A program made the translations under genes and the position numbers. From Vulcanimicrobiota bacterium (lineage in GTDB: Bacteria; Vulcanimicrobiota; CADAWZ01; Ess09-12), in NCBI GenBank assembly GCA_031082125.1, contig JAVHLM010000003.1, positions 288,842 to 352,841 of the forward strand: a DNA stretch of 64,000 bases, given 5' to 3'. Under the pieces are notes generated by a model that searched no databases, had not been told where the DNA came from, and worked only from the letters and a program-made list of their open reading frames with translations. Below are positions 59,271 to 64,000 of the stretch, in pieces (the stretch's first letter is position 1; each line of letters begins with the position of its first letter).

Positions 59271-59316
59271 TAGACCGGATTTGTACCATCTCCCGGCCAA
59301 AGGCTGATCATACCAT

Positions 59317-60570
59317 ATGAGGAGGCACTGCATGATGACTTCAGCTAAAATACTCTTTACAGCCTTAGTGCTCATCCTGATGGCTGTCATCCTGCCATTA
59401 TCAGGATCGCACTCTGCCTTCGCAGAGAAGCTCCCACCTCCTGGAGAGCTTGTGCGGTACAAGCTGATTGGAGCCTATGCAAAACCTCAGATTGATTCCT
59501 TATTCAAACCAGGCGCTCTTGAAAATATGCTCTCAAAGGGCGATGGTAATGTCAAGACGCCTGGCTCTGCAGAGAATGCAGTCAAAGCCTACCTTGTGGA
59601 GTACAGCACTGCCAACACAGACGGCAAAACAGTTGCCGTATCGGGACTGCTGCTGGTGCCCGACCCCTCATCAGGGCAATTCCCTGTTTTATCATACCAG
59701 CACGGCACAATTTTTGAAAGAAGAAAGGCGCCTTCATATCTCAACTCCTGCAGCGAATCAATACTCATGCTTCACACCTTTGCCGCCCATGGGTACGTGG
59801 TCTCGATGCCGGATTACATTGGCCTGGGCCGCTCGCCCCTCATGCATCCCTATCTTGTCGCCGGATCGGAAGCTTCATCAAGCCTGGACATGCTGAAAGC
59901 ATCAAAGCAGCTCTGTGCAAAACTGGGTGTTGCTCTGAATGGCACACTGTTTCTTGCGGGGTATTCACAGGGTGGGCATTCCACCATGGCGCTTCAGAGG
60001 CTTCTCGAGACAGAGCATCGGCCTGACCTGCCTGTAACCGCTTCGGCACCTATGGCAGGACCATACAACCTCTATATGCTCTGGAGCACGTGGATCGGCA
60101 GGCCCTGCTATCTCTCTTCCGCGGTAATGGCAAAAGGGGTGCTCGCCTATAACAACGCCTATAATCTTAAACTGCCAATGGGAGAAATATTCCGCCCGCC
60201 CTATGACGGTACTGTTGCGACACTTCTTGATGGAAACCACCGTGAGGAAGAGATCATCGGCATACTGCCCCGCAATCCTGCCGCACTGTTCACCAGGAGC
60301 TTCCTGAAAAGGATGAATACGGGGAATCACCCATTTTACACTACAATGAAGGCCAACAACACATATGAATGGTATCCTGAGGCTCCCACCACCCTCTACC
60401 ACGGCATGAAAGACGATGTAGTACCTTACAAGGCTTCTGAAATCGCCTATTATTTCATGAAACGGGGCAGCGACAAAGTGAGGATATGCAATCTGGGCGA
60501 TTACAACCATATGACTGCCTTCATCCCGGCTCTGTTCACCGCAAAGGGATGGTTTGACAGCTATAGATAA
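59317..60570 (+). CDS. Secreted alpha/beta hydrolase (secretory lipase family)
   Basis: YQHGT, PDYIGLG, GYSQGG nucleophile, D-x-x-VP and H; signal peptide. Start may be 59332. Confidence 0.88.
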   Translation: MRRHCMMTSAKILFTALVLILMAVILPLSGSHSAFAEKLPPPGELVRYKLIGAYAKPQIDSLFKPGALENMLSKGDGNVKTPGSAENAVKAYLVEYSTANTDGKTVAVSGLLLVPDPSSGQFPVLSYQHGTIFERRKAPSYLNSCSESILMLHTFAAHGYVVSMPDYIGLGRSPLMHPYLVAGSEASSSLDMLKASKQLCAKLGVALNGTLFLAGYSQGGHSTMALQRLLETEHRPDLPVTASAPMAGPYNLYMLWSTWIGRPCYLSSAVMAKGVLAYNNAYNLKLPMGEIFRPPYDGTVATLLDGNHREEEIIGILPRNPAALFTRSFLKRMNTGNHPFYTTMKANNTYEWYPEAPTTLYHGMKDDVVPYKASEIAYYFMKRGSDKVRICNLGDYNHMTAFIPALFTAKGWFDSYR

Positions 60571-60614
60571 TTACATGTGATAGAGATACAATGTCAGGAA
60601 TCAGCCGGAGATTT

Positions 60615-61727
60615 TCATCGCACCAGGCTCTTATAATTTTTTCTTGATTCACCAATCGCATCGGCAGCGAGCATGGCATTGAGGACTTTTTCAGGAGTCA
60701 TCGTGCCCGCCTCGTGATGGATGGCTTCCGTGGGAGCGCAGGCCTTTTCAGCAGCCTTCATCAGTTTATCCCGGCTGGTATTTTGCAGGCCGATATCGGC
60801 AAGGGTAGTAGGCAGGCCGATTTCCTCACAGAAGGAGAACACTTCTGCCGATTCCCGACGAGAGGCATCGGTGAGTTGAAGACCCGCCAGGAGGCCGAAG
60901 GCGACTTTTTCACCATGGTAAAACGAATGGGTTTCTTCCAGGGCGGTGAGCCCGTTGTGAATGGAATGAGCTGCCGCCAGTCCGGAGCTTTCAAAACCGA
61001 TTCCGCTCAACAGTATGTTCGCCTCTACAATGTGGTTCAGGGCCGGCGTGACGATATGCTTTTCGCTGGCGACTTTAGCCGCTGCACCGTACATCAGCAG
61101 GGTATCATAACAGAGCCTGGCGAGATTGAGCCCTGCCATTGTACTATATCCGCCGCACTCGTTCAGCGATTTTGTGCGATCGCACGATCTGGCTTCGAAC
61201 CATGTGGCCAGCGCATCGCCTATACCGGAGATCAGGAATCGAGCGGGAGCATCGGCAATGACAGACGTATCAACCAGCACTATCTGCGGGTTCATTTTTT
61301 GATAGGAGACTGAGTGGAAGAGCCCTTTCTCCGAGTAGATGACCGCACAGCCGCTGCATGGCGCATCGGTCGAGGCAATGGTGGGAACGATGATCACAGG
61401 AATCCCGAGACGATCCGCAGCGATTTTTGCCGTATCTATCGTCTTCCCACCACCCATTCCGACAAGAACGTCTATATTTTTGCCGGTCATACTGCTGGAA
61501 AGACGCTTTAATTCATTTTCACAGCACTCCCCCTGAAACGGCTCGATACCAATCGAGTGTTCAGTCAAACCATTCAGGTATCTGGGAAGGACTTTGTCTT
61601 TCACCGTACCGGATGCCAGGATTAACCCTTTTTTACCTAACAAACTGACCCAATCGGGTAATTGGTCGAGAACTCCCTCACCCTGAATATATTTTCCTGG
61701 AAAAACTGCTTTCAAGACCATATTCAT
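60615..61727 (-). CDS. gldA: Glycerol dehydrogenase
   Basis: PGKYIQG, GGGKTIDTAK, PTIASTDAPCS, GDALATWFEA, AAAHSIHNG, HGEKVAFG motifs. Confidence 0.95.
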   Translation of the reverse strand: MNMVLKAVFPGKYIQGEGVLDQLPDWVSLLGKKGLILASGTVKDKVLPRYLNGLTEHSIGIEPFQGECCENELKRLSSSMTGKNIDVLVGMGGGKTIDTAKIAADRLGIPVIIVPTIASTDAPCSGCAVIYSEKGLFHSVSYQKMNPQIVLVDTSVIADAPARFLISGIGDALATWFEARSCDRTKSLNECGGYSTMAGLNLARLCYDTLLMYGAAAKVASEKHIVTPALNHIVEANILLSGIGFESSGLAAAHSIHNGLTALEETHSFYHGEKVAFGLLAGLQLTDASRRESAEVFSFCEEIGLPTTLADIGLQNTSRDKLMKAAEKACAPTEAIHHEAGTMTPEKVLNAMLAADAIGESRKNYKSLVR

Positions 61728-61892
61728 ATCCTCCAGGGAAAAGATTCATTTGTCTTGGCACCTATAATAACCACGGCACACTGGACCATATAAGCTAATG
61801 CCTCACGTATATTCTCGCTTGTGCCCGTGGGAAACCTCTTTGTCCCTCTGCATGGGCTTGTAAAGAAAAGCCAGATTCTGATTTCTTCAGCA

Positions 61893-63197
61893 TTATTCAT
61901 CAAGTGGTATGAACAACGGGCCTTTGAAAGCTTTCATGATATATTCAACGGGAAGCCCGTTTTCGAGCAGTTTGACCATATTTACCATGTACCTGGAGAT
62001 ATGGCGGTAGTATTTTTTCAATCCTCTGCAGAGGTAATTCAAACCCTCTTCCTCATCAAAGGTTTTTAAAAAGCGATGTCTCGGGCATTGCCCCCTGCAG
62101 ACATAAATGAAACTGCATTCCCGGCATTCGAGGGGGAGGAGTTTTTCCTTGGCAGCGCCGAAATCCATCTGTTCTTTTTTGTTGAGGAGCTGTGCCGGGC
62201 TGTCATTCAGAATATTTCCGAGACGGTATTCAGGATAGACATAATGATCGCAGGAATATATGTCGCCGTTGTGCTCAATTACCATGCACTGCCCGCATTG
62301 CGCCCCATACATGCAGTTGGAAGCGGGGATTCCATACCAGGCGGCTAGGATCCATTCAAAATTCATGACAAAAATCTTAGCCACGTCATTTCTGACCCAT
62401 TCATCAAAGACGCTCCCTAAAAAATCTCCAAATGCCTCGGATTCTACACTCCAGGGTGTTACTGACAGTACAGGCTCATTTTTGCCGATATGGGGAGGCA
62501 TGGCAAGGCCCTGTTCCATGGCTTTGCAGTCCCTTGCTCTCTCAACTACGGGAATGAACTGAACGAATTCCACTCCTTCGTTTTTCAAGAAATGGTAAAC
62601 ATCAAGAGGATGCCGGGAGCTTTCGCGGTTGACGCAGGCGAGGACATTATACTGAACTCCATGGTTCTGAAGCAGTTTCAGCCCGTTCATCACTTTATCA
62701 AAAGTGGAGTCTCCTCCCCTGTCGCGCCGGTATAAATCATGGAGTTCCCGTGGCCCGTCAAGACTGATTCCCACCAGGAAATTGTTCTCGGCAAGAAAAC
62801 TGCCCCATGGGTCATCCAGCAGAGTTCCGTTGGTCTGGATCGAGTTGGTTATCTGTTTTGCGCCTGTAGTATACTTTTTCTGCAGCTGGAGTGCTTTCCT
62901 GTAGAAATCAATACCCATCAATGCCGGCTCGCCGCCCTGCCAGATAAACTGGATCTCGGGTCCCGGGCTTGCATCGATGAATTTTTTTACAAAAGCCTCA
63001 AGCACCTCAGAAGACATGCGGAATTTTGAATCATCTGGGAAGAGGGCTTCCTTTTCAGTATAAAAACAGTATTCACACCGGAGGTTGCAGGAAGGACCGC
63101 CCGGTTTCGCCATAAGCTGAAAACTCCGGGGCTTTGCCGGCGATAATGACGGATTGTCTTCCCTTTTTTCATGAACCTTGCTGTTTTTGTCCTGCAT
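61893..63197 (-). CDS. Anaerobic sulfatase maturase (radical SAM/SPASM)
   Basis: AKP.GPSCNLRCEYCFY, WQGGEP, QTNG, EHNGDIYSCDHYV motifs; adjacent sulfatase. Confidence 0.93.
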   Translation of the reverse strand: MQDKNSKVHEKREDNPSLSPAKPRSFQLMAKPGGPSCNLRCEYCFYTEKEALFPDDSKFRMSSEVLEAFVKKFIDASPGPEIQFIWQGGEPALMGIDFYRKALQLQKKYTTGAKQITNSIQTNGTLLDDPWGSFLAENNFLVGISLDGPRELHDLYRRDRGGDSTFDKVMNGLKLLQNHGVQYNVLACVNRESSRHPLDVYHFLKNEGVEFVQFIPVVERARDCKAMEQGLAMPPHIGKNEPVLSVTPWSVESEAFGDFLGSVFDEWVRNDVAKIFVMNFEWILAAWYGIPASNCMYGAQCGQCMVIEHNGDIYSCDHYVYPEYRLGNILNDSPAQLLNKKEQMDFGAAKEKLLPLECRECSFIYVCRGQCPRHRFLKTFDEEEGLNYLCRGLKKYYRHISRYMVNMVKLLENGLPVEYIMKAFKGPLFIPLDE

Positions 63198-63278
63198 TAC
63201 TCAACATTTCCTTTTTCATGATGCATCGGAATCCAGCGCCACAGATGCCGGTATCGGGGCTGTCTTATTGTGAATACT

Positions 63279-63305
63279 GAAAAGGGGACTTGACGCCCCC
63301 TTTTC
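63279..63305. terminator. Intrinsic, possibly bidirectional terminator
   Basis: GAAAAGGGG-acttgacgc-CCCCTTTTC hairpin with A/T tails. Confidence 0.6.
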
Positions 63306-63334
63306 TCACGTATGGCGGTAAAATGCCCTTTGTA

Positions 63335-64000
63335 TTATTTGAACAGTGTGTTAGACCGGTACTTCTTATAAGTTTCCAGGTGGGTAAGCTTGGCACCATT
63401 GAAGATTCCTAGATAGGGAGTCTTCCTGACAAAATAACTGTGGCTTTCCTTAGGATCGAGAAAAAGGTTGTACATACGGGCATAAGTGTAGGTCAGGGTT
63501 TCGCCCGAGAAACCGCCCGGACTGCTGACATCGGTCATCACATCCTGCTCTGCAGCTTCCATTGCTTTGAATTCCGCGATTCTTGTTCCCGAGAAGGTAT
63601 CCTGAAGCCAGTAATATACCACTCTTCTGTTGGAAGTTCCATTGTCTGAGAGCAGGAAAGAGGTCTGGTCTATGCCGTCGATGAAACGATCCCTGGGCAG
63701 TTTTGATTTTGCTCCTGCCAGGCTTATGGAAGTGTTGTAAATATCGGAAAGATCAAACAGCCCGTCGGAAATCCTTCCGGGTTCAATCATGCCTTTCCAG
63801 TAGACGATGCATGGCACCCGCATTCCGCCTTCCCAGGTGGTGCCTTTTGAGCCGCGGAACGGTGTGTACCCGCAATCGGGCCATGTTTCCATTTCAGGCC
63901 CGTTGTCGGAGGCGATGATGATAAGGGTATTCTCAAGCTGCCCTGTTTCTTTGAGGGTATCAACAATGCGGCCCAGATTGGCGTCCAGTTCAATCATCAC
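63335..64000 (-). CDS. Arylsulfatase (5'-partial)
   Basis: ENTLIIIASDNG, KGTTWEGGMRVP, IDGIDQ, DPKE motifs. Confidence 0.9.
   Translation of the reverse strand: MMIELDANLGRIVDTLKETGQLENTLIIIASDNGPEMETWPDCGYTPFRGSKGTTWEGGMRVPCIVYWKGMIEPGRISDGLFDLSDIYNTSISLAGAKSKLPRDRFIDGIDQTSFLLSDNGTSNRRVVYYWLQDTFSGTRIAEFKAMEAAEQDVMTDVSSPGGFSGETLTYTYARMYNLFLDPKESHSYFVRKTPYLGIFNGAKLTHLETYKKYRSNTLFK

Noticed and set aside
58485-59462. Long antisense ORFs (325 aa here, also 32929-34002 and 39353-40213)
   Set aside because: Shadow ORFs opposite well-supported genes in GC-rich sequence; no motifs.
61893-63197. SPASM radical SAM as a peptide maturase
   Set aside because: Motifs and the adjacent sulfatase identify it as an anaerobic sulfatase maturase.

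Overview
A gene-dense bacterial window, roughly 50-60% GC by eye, with no rRNA, tRNA, CRISPR array or transposase recognised. The style of the PQQ-propeller and low-complexity-leader proteins resembles Candidatus Eremiobacterota/Xenobia genomes, but this is inference only. The main result is an apparently complete ~16 kb RiPP cluster (36943-52742). It encodes YcaO, a Nif11-type precursor with a double-glycine site (core SDSSNKTAYPVANSVTVGAAAAAF), an extended TfuA, three tandem paralogous cobalamin-dependent radical SAM enzymes and an RRE-like/ThiF adenylyltransferase, plus a convergent NHLP-type exporter (C39-ABC, ABC, short HlyD) with an M16 peptidase pair upstream. It is predicted to make a thioamidated, poly-methylated Nif11 peptide. 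Other signals: (1) a selenoprotein that the ORF track splits in two (LolA/DUF2092-like plus TlpA redoxin, UxxC, SECIS-like hairpin; 15466-16752); (2) several signal-peptide-less proteins with an FlgM-like N-terminal motif, three of which share an upstream DNA box exactly 22 nt before TATAAT; (3) a conserved C-terminal tail in two PQQ propellers and an orphan gene remnant; (4) an RRE-SPASM radical SAM with no obvious substrate; (5) tandem palindromic operators upstream of typA. The rest is glycosylation and housekeeping genes (glf, glycosyltransferases, speB, adhE, typA, gldA, sulfatase and its maturase).
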